Assembly: GCA_001643675.2 (NCBI GenBank)
Contig: LSRY02000089.1
Span: 1-33,875 of the forward strand
Direction of reading: 5' to 3'
From: Monocercomonoides exilis PA203
Taxonomy: Eukaryota > Protista > Preaxostyla
DNA: 33,875 nucleotides
In this document: piece after piece, positions 24,355 to 33,875 of the stretch
Layout: each line of letters begins with the position of its first letter
How positions within the stretch are numbered: the first letter of the stretch is position 1
The notes under the pieces: generated by a model
The model's database searches: none
Told to the model about the DNA's origin: nothing
Seen by the model: only the letters and a program-made list of their open reading frames with translations
Made by a program: the position numbers and the translations under genes

Positions 24355-26774
24355 TCACTTCTTTTCCATCTTCCCGAATTTTTCAATCAGGGCATTTGCC
24401 ATTTTGCTGTTCGCTGGAAAAGCCCTGCTCGAACATCTCGTCCGGCACAGCTGCGTCCTCCATTCACGCTTCCTTCTCCTCCCCTCGTTCCTCATCGCAC
24501 CTTTCTTCCAATTCCTCTGCTTTTGGCCAGCCTTTTCAACCTCTCCTCCACTGCTGTTCCTTTTCTCTTCTTTTCCTTTTCCCTCCATCACTTCCTTCTC
24601 CTTCCCTTTCTCTTGTTCCTTTGCGCCTCTTCCGCTCCCTTCCTTGTCCCTGCCCCAGCCCCAGCCCCACCCCATCCTCCTCTCCTCAGCTCCTTCGCTT
24701 TCGCTTCCTCTTCTCTTCGCTTTGCTTCCTCTTCCTTCTTTCTTTTCAGCGCCTCTTCCGCTCGCCGGAAAAGACCCCGCCCCAAAAACCCTCGTGGCAG
24801 CGGTGGCCGGTCTCTTGCGCTGCCTGTCCACACTCTCGACTGCACCGCCTTCTTTGCCCTGCTTCTGCCTGTGGTTGGCTGCTCCTCTTCTGCTGAGGCT
24901 GCTCTTGCAGTCGTTGAAGACTGGGAATGCATTTCTTCTGTCCTCTGCATGCTGCTCTTCTCTTCTTTTCTCTCCTCTTTTCTCTCCTCTTTCTCTCCTT
25001 CCCTGCCTGCCTCTCCTCCTCCCACGTGTTGAGCGCACTTCCTTCCCAAACACAGGCGGCCTTTCTCTCAGCGACAGAGGCAAGCACACCTCCATCGCAT
25101 TCTCCCACACTCCTTTCGGAGTATTTGTTCACAAGCGCCACACCAACATCACTCTCCAGCTCCTTCCTCCTCCCCTCGCTCACCCACCCAGCCCATCTTT
25201 TCCTCTTTCTCCTTTCCCTCCTCTTTTTTCCCTTTTCTTCTTCTTCACCATCTTCTTCTTCTTCTTTGGCCGCTGCTGTTCTCCCTCCATTCAGAGACAA
25301 AAGATACTCTGCCACTCGCCGCAGGCTCTTCAGCCGATCCATCTGACAGGTGGGGAAAAAGGGAAAAAAGAAAAAGAAAAGCAGGCACATACAAAATCCA
25401 TGTCAAAAATAGGGTCAATTGTTCGGAGATAAAAACATGAACATAAAACTCATCTCAGATTCTCACTCTCTTCCTCTCTCTATCCCTCTCTCCATTCTTC
25501 CTGCCCCACACCTTTCCCTCTTCTGCTGTTGTCCTGTTCGTCACCATCGACACAATCTGTACTGCCAGAAACCCAAACACAAACAGCCCCAGAATGATCC
25601 CGTAGAGCCCAAGCGCCACACACCCCGTCTTCTCCCCACCACAATCTGCAGCAGCTTGCTCCACCCCATCCCGCTGCTCCGCACCCCCAGCACCCGCAGC
25701 CTCGCCGGCACCCACAGCCGCCGGTCCACCAGCCACGCCCCAATCACCCCCATGCTGCTGATTCCCATGCACATCGCTGCCACCCCGTTCACAAACAGGA
25801 ACAGCAGAAAATACCGGAAGTTCCACTCTCCGATGCATGTGTTGAACCACGGGCAGTGGTGGTCCCGCTTCGACACACACCTCCCACACATTGAGCAGTG
25901 CTGCGACCGCGGTGGCCTGCTCGTTCCAGCCACGAGCCCCACCAGAAAAAGAAATGAAAAATAAAAATAAAAATAAGAAAGCAATTATAAATATTAATTT
26001 GAAAAAATGAACGAAAAAAGACTTCGTCGAAGGCTGATTCACACCGAGGCAGCTTGCACACGGGACACATCTTCTCTTCGCTGTAGATCACATTATCGTA
26101 CGGGAAGCACCGGAACAGGTCCTCCACGTTCCCAGCCGTCACAAACCCTGGGTCTGAATAGCACGTCACGAAAAACAGGACAACCGCCAGCACAGCAAAC
26201 AGCCCGCAGAACGCACTCACACCCGCAAGAGCCACACAGTCAGCCAAAGATCCTGCAAGTTCAGCCCAAACAAAAAATACTCGAAAAACAACTCGCATAC
26301 TTCTGCACGCTGTCCCAGAAGAAGTTCGGCACGTGCGGGCACACAAACACTGCCCACCCGCCGATCATCCCTCCTGCAACAAGAACATAGAAGATCTGTC
26401 TTCCCGCCCAGCCAACGCACCGCACCCAATTGAAGCAAAAATTGAAGCAAAAATTGAAACAAAAAGAGCATAAAAATCTTCCATTTATTCGTCTTTTCCT
26501 TCAATGCTGCGGGGCACACACCTGAACAATCGGATTCCTTTCCGCCACCAAGTAGTGCACCATCTTCCCGCAGGTTCTCCGCCCCTCATCCTTCGATGGC
26601 GGCGCTGGAGCGCTTTCTGCGCGTTTTCAAAGCTTCCGCACGTCAGCCACTTGAACGCTCGCCCCCACACCCCCGACCGGCACCCCAGCGTGCCGCCGCA
26701 CAGATACACCACAAACAGCCCCAGCACCCCAATGCTCCCCACAAGCACCGCAAAACACCAAAACTGATTTCCAT
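24355..26774 (-). CDS. DHHC palmitoyltransferase (Swf1/ZDHHC4-like), multi-exon
   Basis: YSDPGFVT...CPVCKLPR|[40 protein letters not shown], flanking TM helices and a C-terminal [12 protein letters not shown] motif. Introns near 25927-26043, 26395-26520 and 25350-25530 (approximate). Several homopolymer frameshifts. Confidence 0.9.
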
Positions 26775-27002
26775 GCTTTTTATTCTGGGAACAATAAAAA
26801 TGAAAAATATTATATTTTTATCTTCTTCTTCTTCTTCTGAGGATAAACTTGAAAGAAATTGCGTGAAATGTATTGAGGTGAAGTGGTCTGAAATGAAGTG
26901 AAATGAAATGAAGTGAAGTTGAATAACATTACCAAGAAAACAATAAAAGCTTTTCACAAATACATTTTATTTCCATTCTCCAATTCATCTCCAGTGGTGC
27001 TT

Positions 27003-29228
27003 TCACTGTCCCTCAATCGCCCTTCCACGCTCAGCAGCGTCTGCTTCCTTCTTTCTCCTCGTCTCCTCTTCTTCTGCCTCCTCCTCCTCTGTCTGCCAAC
27101 TGTCCTCCTTCTCGTTCCACCCCATCCACCTCTTTCCCATTCCTTTCCCTTTTCTCTTCCCTGGCCCTCTTTTCCGCGCCTTCCGCAGTCGGAGGTCGAT
27201 CACATCATACACCCACAAATAGAACACACCTGGCGGCGACTTCTTCAGCCGCTCTGCTTTGCCTTCTCCCGCTCGAACGCCAACCTCTTTCTCCTCCTCC
27301 TTCTCTCTTCTTCCATCTGCCTGCTTCTTCTCCTTCTCCGCTGCACACGCACAGCGGCACAACTACTCCACATCTCACATCTTCCTCGTTCCCATTTCCA
27401 TTTCCATTTCCATTCACATCCTCGTGCTCTCCACATTCTCCACATTCTGTTCCCATTCTCATTCCCTTTCCTCCTGTGTCCCACACATATGCTGGCACTT
27501 CCAGTCCACTGCCCTCTCCAAAGCCATTGGTGCTGCTCCATTTGTCCCAAAACGGGTCTCTGATTCGCTCTGCCCACTCTCCTTGTGTTTCTTTCTCTTT
27601 CCTCTCCCTCTCCCTTTCTCTCCCTTCTGATTCTTCTTCTTCTTCTTCTTCTTTTCTTCTTCTTCCCCATTCGCACTTACAGCTTTCTTTCTTGTTCCCA
27701 ACACTCGCTTTCTTCGTTTTCCCATCTGCCATTTCGCTTCTTCCCTCTGTCTGTCTTCCTTCCTTCCATTTCTCGCTCCGTCCCTTCTCCTCTCTCTGCA
27801 CCGCTCTCCGCTCTTCCGCTCTTCCTCGTCTCCACAAACTCCTCCACCCTCTCACCCCCTTCTTGCCCACCCAAACGCCACCACCACATCCACATCCACT
27901 CCTTCTCCTTCTCCTTCTCCTTCTCCTTCTCCTTCTCCTTTCTTATCCCCTCCAAAATATCTGTCTGCTTCTGACTTCCTTTTCTCCTCTTCTACCTCTG
28001 CCTCTTTCCTTCTCACTTCCTTCAACATCTGCTGCAGCGCTTTCGCCTCCTCCTCTCTTTCCTTCTCTCTTTCTCTTTCTCTTTCTCTTTCACTTCTTCC
28101 TATGCTGTATTCTTCAGCATTCCCAATCTCTCCAGCCCATCTGCCTGTGCATTCCCTCACTCCATTTTCCAGCTCTTCTGCTGTTGCTCCCCTCCACTTC
28201 TCTCTCCACTTCCTCTCCACACCCATCTCGTTCGCCTCTCCCGCCTCCTCCACTTCCCCAATCACTGCATCCTCCTTCAGCTTCTTCTCCTTCAGCTTCT
28301 CCTCTGCTCTGTCCCACATCTCTTCTTCCGCCTCGTCTGCAGCCCACCTCTTCCGCACCCACACTCCAAACACTCTCTCAAACTTCTCTGCCTCCAAAAT
28401 CTGCTCCTGAACCAGCCGCCTTCGCTTCTTCTCCCACTCTCTTCTCTCTGCATTCTCCGCCTGATTTCTTCTTCTTCTTCTTCTTCTTCTTCTCTCTGTT
28501 CCTTCTTCTTCTTCCTCTTCTTCTTCCTCGCTTCCTGTTCTTCCTGTCCATCCCAGTGAATCCAACATCTTCTTGTCCTCTTCTCTCCACTTCTCCTCCA
28601 GCGCCACTCGCTCTGCCTCTCTCAGCCCACTCTGCTTCCTTCCATCAACCACCACTGCCACCTCCGCTGCCACCCTCCCCGCATCGTGTGCGGCATCTCC
28701 CACCAGAATCCTCTCCACAACTTCGCCCGCCTCCCTTGCTTCCTCGTCCTCCTCATTATCATCTTTTTCATTTTCTTTATCTTTATCTTCATCTTTCTCC
28801 ACCTTCTCATCCATTTGAAGTTCTGTGACTCTCTTTGCCATTTGAGCTTCATTCTTCCCATATTCCCCTTTTCCACAGGCATCCATCCTTTCTCCCATCC
28901 TTGCCTTCCCTTCGAAGATGCTTCCGCTTTCCCATTGCAGTTCTGCTCCGCTGCCCAGCCGTGCCGCCTCCTTCGCACTCTTCCAGCTTTGCATCCCCAG
29001 TCGTCGATCCTTTTCAGTTCCTCCGCTCCGCAAGCTGCTCTGTTCAGGAAAATCCTCTGTTTGTGTTTCTTTTGCGTTCCAGCGCCCGAGCTCTCCCCAT
29101 CCAAAAGGCGTGGAAGACTCCTTCGCGTTCGACTGCGTTCTATCTCCGCTGAAGCGCGTTCTCCCTTCACTCAAGTTCGCCATCTTGTCCATTCTGTGCC
29201 CTAAGCTCGAAAACCCTCCACAGCTCAT
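27003..29228 (-). CDS. Hypothetical Glu/Arg/Lys-rich coiled-coil protein
   Basis: 458-aa ORF 27852-29228 plus downstream fragments to 27003 with coding-strand purine bias. No recognised domain. Confidence 0.55.
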
Positions 29229-29621
29229 GGATTCTCTTATCCTAGTATTTGCGCTGTTTGTGAAAATATTTGGTATTCCAGCATTATTTTCAATTTTTAT
29301 AAGTTACAAATCGAACGACAGATTATAAATTTTAATTTCAATCTACATAAAAAGATCATAAATACAAATTACAAAAATTGTTTCAAAAATGTTCCAGAAA
29401 AATAATTATTGATACAACTCTCTTTCTATATGGAAGTTGTAATATTTTCTGAGAGCAACGATGAATAATGTGGAAAAAATAATAACATATCGTTATTTTT
29501 TATCATTATCACATTAGTAACTCAATAAATAACAACAATTTTTTTATATCATGATATTTTTCTCAATGAAAGAAACAAGCTTCTATTATATGATCATTAC
29601 CATAGATTAAAAAGGATATAT

Positions 29622-29956
29622 ATGGGTTTGTGTTTTTTCAAATTCAAAGAGTTTAAAAATCATTGTTTTAAAATATTTATTAAAATCATTTGAATGTTTA
29701 ATATTTGTTATTTTTAATTGGTTATTTCGAATGACATTTGTTTGTTTATAGGAAAAGTTCACGGAGCTCTTTCTCGAGCAGGAAAGGTTAGAGATCACAC
29801 ACCAAAAGTTCCAAAACAGCAACACAAAAGAAGCCTACAGGAAGAAATAAGATTCGTCTTCTGTACAAGAAGAGATTCACAAATGTTGTTGTTGGTGCAA
29901 GAAAGGAAGGTCCAAACAAGCAAAAGACCAAAGGAGCAAATGCAAACCTTCTTTAA
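29622..29956 (+). CDS. RPS30: 40S ribosomal protein S30 (eS30), with no ubiquitin-like fusion
   Basis: Exon 1 ATGG (29622-29625), intron 29626-29751 (GTTTGT...TATAG), then GKVHGALSRAGKVRDHTPKVPKQQHK/KKPTGRNKIRLLYKKRFTNVVVG..GPN. One A is missing in the run at 29826-29829. TAA stop at 29954-29956. Confidence 0.93.
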
Positions 29957-30732
29957 ATTGCTTTTATTTTAAAGGCTCGATTTGATTCAAGAATTATAAG
30001 AATTATTTGAACGTGCACTATTTTTTATCAAAGTGATATTTGAATTTTATTAATAATTTACTCTAATTGGTGAATCTTTACAAACCAAAATTATTGGCTA
30101 TCTATTATCTTTCGAATATCTAAAAATATGATGGATACATTTTTCAAAAAAAAATATGTTTTAGTTCATTTTTTGAAGTAATAAAAATTGCTATCCAAAA
30201 ACTAATTTTTAAAAGATGAAAGTTTTGTAGCATTAAAGTGTTTGTGGAAAATGAAGAAAACAATGTTTTTGTTAAGTGAAAGGGATAGTTTTTAACGTTT
30301 TGAATTCAGGATTTATGTAAATTTATGATTTGTTTTTTTTTTTTTTTTCAAAAACAATTTTATTTATGTTGTCATTTGGAAACAACATTCTTGATATTTT
30401 CATTTTTAGCTTCAAACAGCGAAATGATATAAAGAAAAAAGGTTATTTGGGACAAAATATTTCGCTTTATGAATTTTGTTCCATTCTTCTCTAACAAATA
30501 TTTATCTCAATTCTTGAATTTTTCTGAAATTATTTGCATTGTTACGGTTGATTTATAATGAAATGATTGTAGAAAAGTTTGGAACGAATCTCAGTTTTTT
30601 CATAATTGCAAAAATTTTGCCCCATTTGGATTGAATATACCACAATTTGTAAAAGAATTTCAGAAATAATATTGACAGATAGGTATTAATTCTTCTTCAC
30701 TCAAAGGAATTCTGAAATCAGTTAACAGAAGT

Positions 30733-31185
30733 ATGAATCCAACCGAAAAAGATGAATATGAAAAATTGAAAATCCGACAGTCAACTTTTGAACAATTTTT
30801 GGATTTTGAAGTTATCCTGGAAAAGAACTGGCCAAACTATTCTGAAATCCAAAAATATTATGATCACGAAGTTTTAAATTTTTCTGGACAGAATTTCATT
30901 TGCCATAGAAAAAGAGTTCGGCAAGGCTTAATAATTTCATTGTTACACCCTGAACTTCATTATCTAAAAGAAGAAAATGAATTAATAAGATTGTTACAGT
31001 GTGCATTGGAGGATTCGGATGAACTGACATTTTTGCTTGGAGTATTTGTGTTTTATTACATCAAGACTGGAACTATCGCATGTTCAGTTCTTGAAAAGCT
31101 TTTTCCAACGAGTTTGAAATGGATTGATTCCAATGGTTTGTTCAGTTTTTATAAATGTGGCAATTTTATATTTGTGTGGTGTTAG
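30733..31185 (+). CDS. Hypothetical protein (AT-rich, possibly one exon of a larger or decayed gene)
   Basis: 150-codon ATG-initiated ORF in very AT-rich DNA with plausible composition. No motif recognised. Confidence 0.35.
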   Translation: MNPTEKDEYEKLKIRQSTFEQFLDFEVILEKNWPNYSEIQKYYDHEVLNFSGQNFICHRKRVRQGLIISLLHPELHYLKEENELIRLLQCALEDSDELTFLLGVFVFYYIKTGTIACSVLEKLFPTSLKWIDSNGLFSFYKCGNFIFVWC

Positions 31186-31604
31186 TTCTTCGGAAATTTG
31201 AGCAAAAAACAGTGATAACCGAAGATACACATTTATCAACTTGAACCTCCGTTTCGTGTAAAAGAGGTTTTTGTTTTTGTGCTTTTTATTTACGCATTTA
31301 TGCATTTTTTTATAACGCTATCTTTAATTATTACAAATCAGAAATAAGACCTCCATTATTTTTTAGAAGGATCAGTGTACCAATCGAACAAAAGCTTTCA
31401 GTTTTACGGAGTTCAACTTGATGATTATTTTCACTTTGCAAAGCAAGATACTAATTGCAAAGAATAAAACTGATTATCGTTGACTGTACTCTTTCTCCAA
31501 GACAAAATTCAAATATTGAATAATGAAGAAATTGTGACTTCCAAAATTTTTTGAATGTGGATTGAATGTCAATAAACACAAATTTTTAAATTGAATGTAC
31601 AATC

Positions 31605-31798
31605 GTTCTTCTTCTTTTTCTCTTTCTACACCATTTTTTCCTTCTCAATCAAATTCATCCTCTTCTTCTTCTTCTTCTTCTTCTTCTTCATCTTCTTTTT
31701 CTTCTTCTTCATCATCATCATCATCATCTTCATCTTCTTCTTCTTCTTCTTCTTCTTCTTCTTTTTCTTCTTTTTCTTCTTTTTCTTCTTTTTCTTCT

Positions 31799-31830
<32 letters not shown>

Positions 31831-31910
31831 TTCTTCTTCTTCTTCTTCTTCTTCTTCTTTTTCTTTTTCTTTTTCTTTTTCTTTTTCTTTTTCTTCTTTT
31901 TCTTCTTCTT
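31605..31910. repeat. (TTC)n / (TTTTTC)n microsatellite-like tract
   Basis: About 300 bp of ttc/tca/tttttc units. On the minus strand it could encode a poly-Glu/Asp/Lys tract. Confidence 0.9.
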
Positions 31911-32359
31911 CCCCTCTTCTGCATTGCCTACAGCTTCAACTCGTTCTGTTATGAATGCAACCGTTTTGAAAAATTCTGTAACTTTATGTGTAATTTTTCA
32001 AAGATATCATTATCAATTTAAACATTTTTTCTCATGCAAAAAAATGGGGGGAAAAAACGATGTATTATCAATGAATCTTTTTAAAATCCTGTTATATAAA
32101 TTTTTGTTAAAATTAAAATAATTAACTTTGCAATTTCAAATATATATATATATATTTGTTTCTTGGAAGTTTAGGTTTTCCAATATTTTTCAAAAAAATC
32201 AAAATTGAAATTAATCAAAGTTAGGCTAAATATAGAAAAATAAATAGGGTGATTTATAAACCCGAATATTTTTTTGAAAACCCGAACAAAAAATAAATGA
32301 ATTTATTTTTGTGTATCGTGTATTGATTTTGTTTAAAAAAATATTAATAATAAATATAA

Positions 32360-33875
32360 TCAACAAGCTCTCGTTTCACAATTTTTCGAGTATTTCTTTC
32401 TTTTTTCATCATCAGAAAAATCATCATTTAAAATTTTCAATGTTTTGAATATTCTTTTTCGGTTTTTCATCTTCAAACAAAGCCTTTTCAATTTCAACAT
32501 TATCTTTTTCTTCATTTTTGACTCTTTTCTTTCATCATTTTCTTTTTTCCATTCTAATAAAAATTCTTCATCGGTAATTAATTTTCCAAAATAATCAAAC
32601 CTTTTTGTTCTTTTCTTTAGAGTCACGGAAGGTTCTTTTGGCAGCTTGGCTAACACTTCGTGCCACTGATGTGACAGTACTCCGCTCTTCGCAAATGAAG
32701 ATTTTATTGTTGAAGGTAACAAAGAAGTTTGCAAAGCTTGTGGAAGCACATCAGCCAGTGCTTCTCGTCGCAAAACAACAGAAGAAGAAGAAGGCGCTTC
32801 ATAATTAGCATTTATTGTCTTTTTAAAAACAGCAAATACACCACGATCCAAAGGCTGTGCGATGTGAGTGGTATGGGGCACGAAGGTGACAACATCTATT
32901 GAAGAGTCGGCAAACCTTTTCCATAAGTCAGGCTGCGCTCTCGATGAATGCTAATCAAGAAGGAGAAGGCAACGTTCATCACTCTTCTTCAAAGTTTCTC
33001 TTCTTTGTGTGATCCCTGGAAGCAACACTTCTTCAGCATATTTGAGAAATAGCGCTTCAGTCATCCAGCCTTCATTTTCACCGCAAACATCCAACCGCGA
33101 ACTCAAAACAAGGCGCAGTTCATCAGGTAATTTGTGACAAGGCCACAGAACGACGCTTTTTAGGGAGTATCCATCAGCTGCACTTGCAATGGCGAGAGTT
33201 GCATAAAGCATGTTCATTGGCGTTTTGGAGAAACCAGCAGGCACGTCGAAAGGATTGAAAACAAGAGTCGAGAAAGAATCAGAGAGTCCAAGAGAAGATT
33301 CATCAATATTGAAGAGGAGAGAGTTAGAATAATGATGCGGATCATGAAGGTTTTGTGGAAGAGTGTAAAACGGAAGAAAAGTTTGTTGATTTGATGCAGA
33401 GAGCCTTTGGATGTCGACGTTTCGAGGGTGTGAAGCCTTAAGCTCGGGGTTCCTTTTGGTGTATTGATAGGGATATGCTTTAGAAATGTTCACTTCTTCA
33501 TCTTCTTCATCAAACTTGTCTTTTTCCTATCATTGATAACAGTGTTCATCTGAATATATAAAAATAGATAAATACAACAAATTAAAAATTGTGACAAACT
33601 AATTTCCTCATTTGCGCAGCATTGTAACTTGTCCCACTTTCACATTCGATTTTAAGCACTCCAAATATAGTTTCCTTTTCTTCCTGATTGAATAATTCTG
33701 GTCTTCCATTTTCCCTGCCTTCCTTCCTTTCCACAGCTGTAACTGCCCTATCAATTGCCGAGCGAGTAAAATTCTTTCATGTTTGTAGCATCTGCAACCC
33801 GAGCTTCTCCATTTGCGACAATTGTTGTAATACGTTCAAATCTGTTTTCAATATGCCGATATTGAAATGATCTCA
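32360..33875 (-). mobile_element. Decayed pogo/Tc5-type (DDE_1, CENP-B-related) transposase, 5' end beyond the window
   Basis: HTH-like GRPELFNQEEKETIF..., then LFNIDES, ASAADG, GWMTEALF, CLLLLD*HSSR (in-frame TAG at 32951-32953) and VPHTTHIAQPLDRGVFAVFKK: the three catalytic Asp motifs of DDE_1. A further stop lies near 33778. Confidence 0.9.

Noticed and set aside
9056-26774. Functional cluster of membrane/secretory genes (S41, cathepsin fusion, DHHC)
   Set aside because: Adjacency in a compact eukaryotic genome is not evidence of shared function without synteny or co-expression data.
4657-28828. Numerous long antisense or overlapping ORFs rich in Pro/Leu/Ser/Phe/His
   Set aside because: They are shadows of G/A-rich, GC-rich coding strands whose complements lack stop codons. 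No motifs are present.
300-29250. Starship-like giant element with the YR as captain and the GC island as cargo
   Set aside because: The YR is transcribed away from the island, whereas captains lie at the 5' end with cargo downstream. No matching terminus was seen near 29.3 kb.
29622-29956. RPS30 as a pseudogene
   Set aside because: The only defect is one missing A in a homopolymer. The intron, start, stop and conserved residues are intact.
31591-32121. Poly-Phe, poly-Ser and poly-Arg ORFs
   Set aside because: Artefacts of the (TTC)n tract.
329-33875. Alternative genetic code (TAA/TAG=Gln or TGA reassigned) to explain internal stops
   Set aside because: Clear internal stops cluster in the two transposon remnants and align to different residues (Arg, Tyr, the D-x-H position). 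Host genes have long stop-free frames and end in TAA/TAG/TGA.

Overview
Eukaryotic (protist) genomic DNA with spliceosomal GT-AG introns and the standard genetic code. GTTTGT/GTGTGT donors, Glu/Lys-rich insertions and AT-rich introns resemble an oxymonad such as Monocercomonoides; this is an inference. A visibly GC-rich, gene-dense block (~3.9-29.2 kb) sits between AT-rich flanks. The left flank holds a decayed tyrosine-recombinase (Crypton-like) element with a tandemly duplicated core-binding domain, a possible chromo/Tudor-like N-terminus and long upstream inverted repeats. The central block contains a ZSWIM2-like E3 ligase (SWIM-RING-ZZ-RING), a membrane-anchored S41/CPAF-like peptidase whose catalytic Ser appears replaced by Gly, an ARM-like protein with a (GEK)9 repeat, a DHHC palmitoyltransferase and a coiled-coil protein. 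Most interesting is what appears to be a single gene fusing an intact cathepsin B-like protease, an IPT/TIG domain, EGF repeats and a Flc/Pkd2 (TRP-like) multi-pass membrane domain. The right flank holds ribosomal protein eS30, a (TTC)n tract and a decayed, intron-containing pogo/DDE_1 transposase. Many single-base frameshifts fall in homopolymer runs, including one in eS30, and are probably assembly errors.
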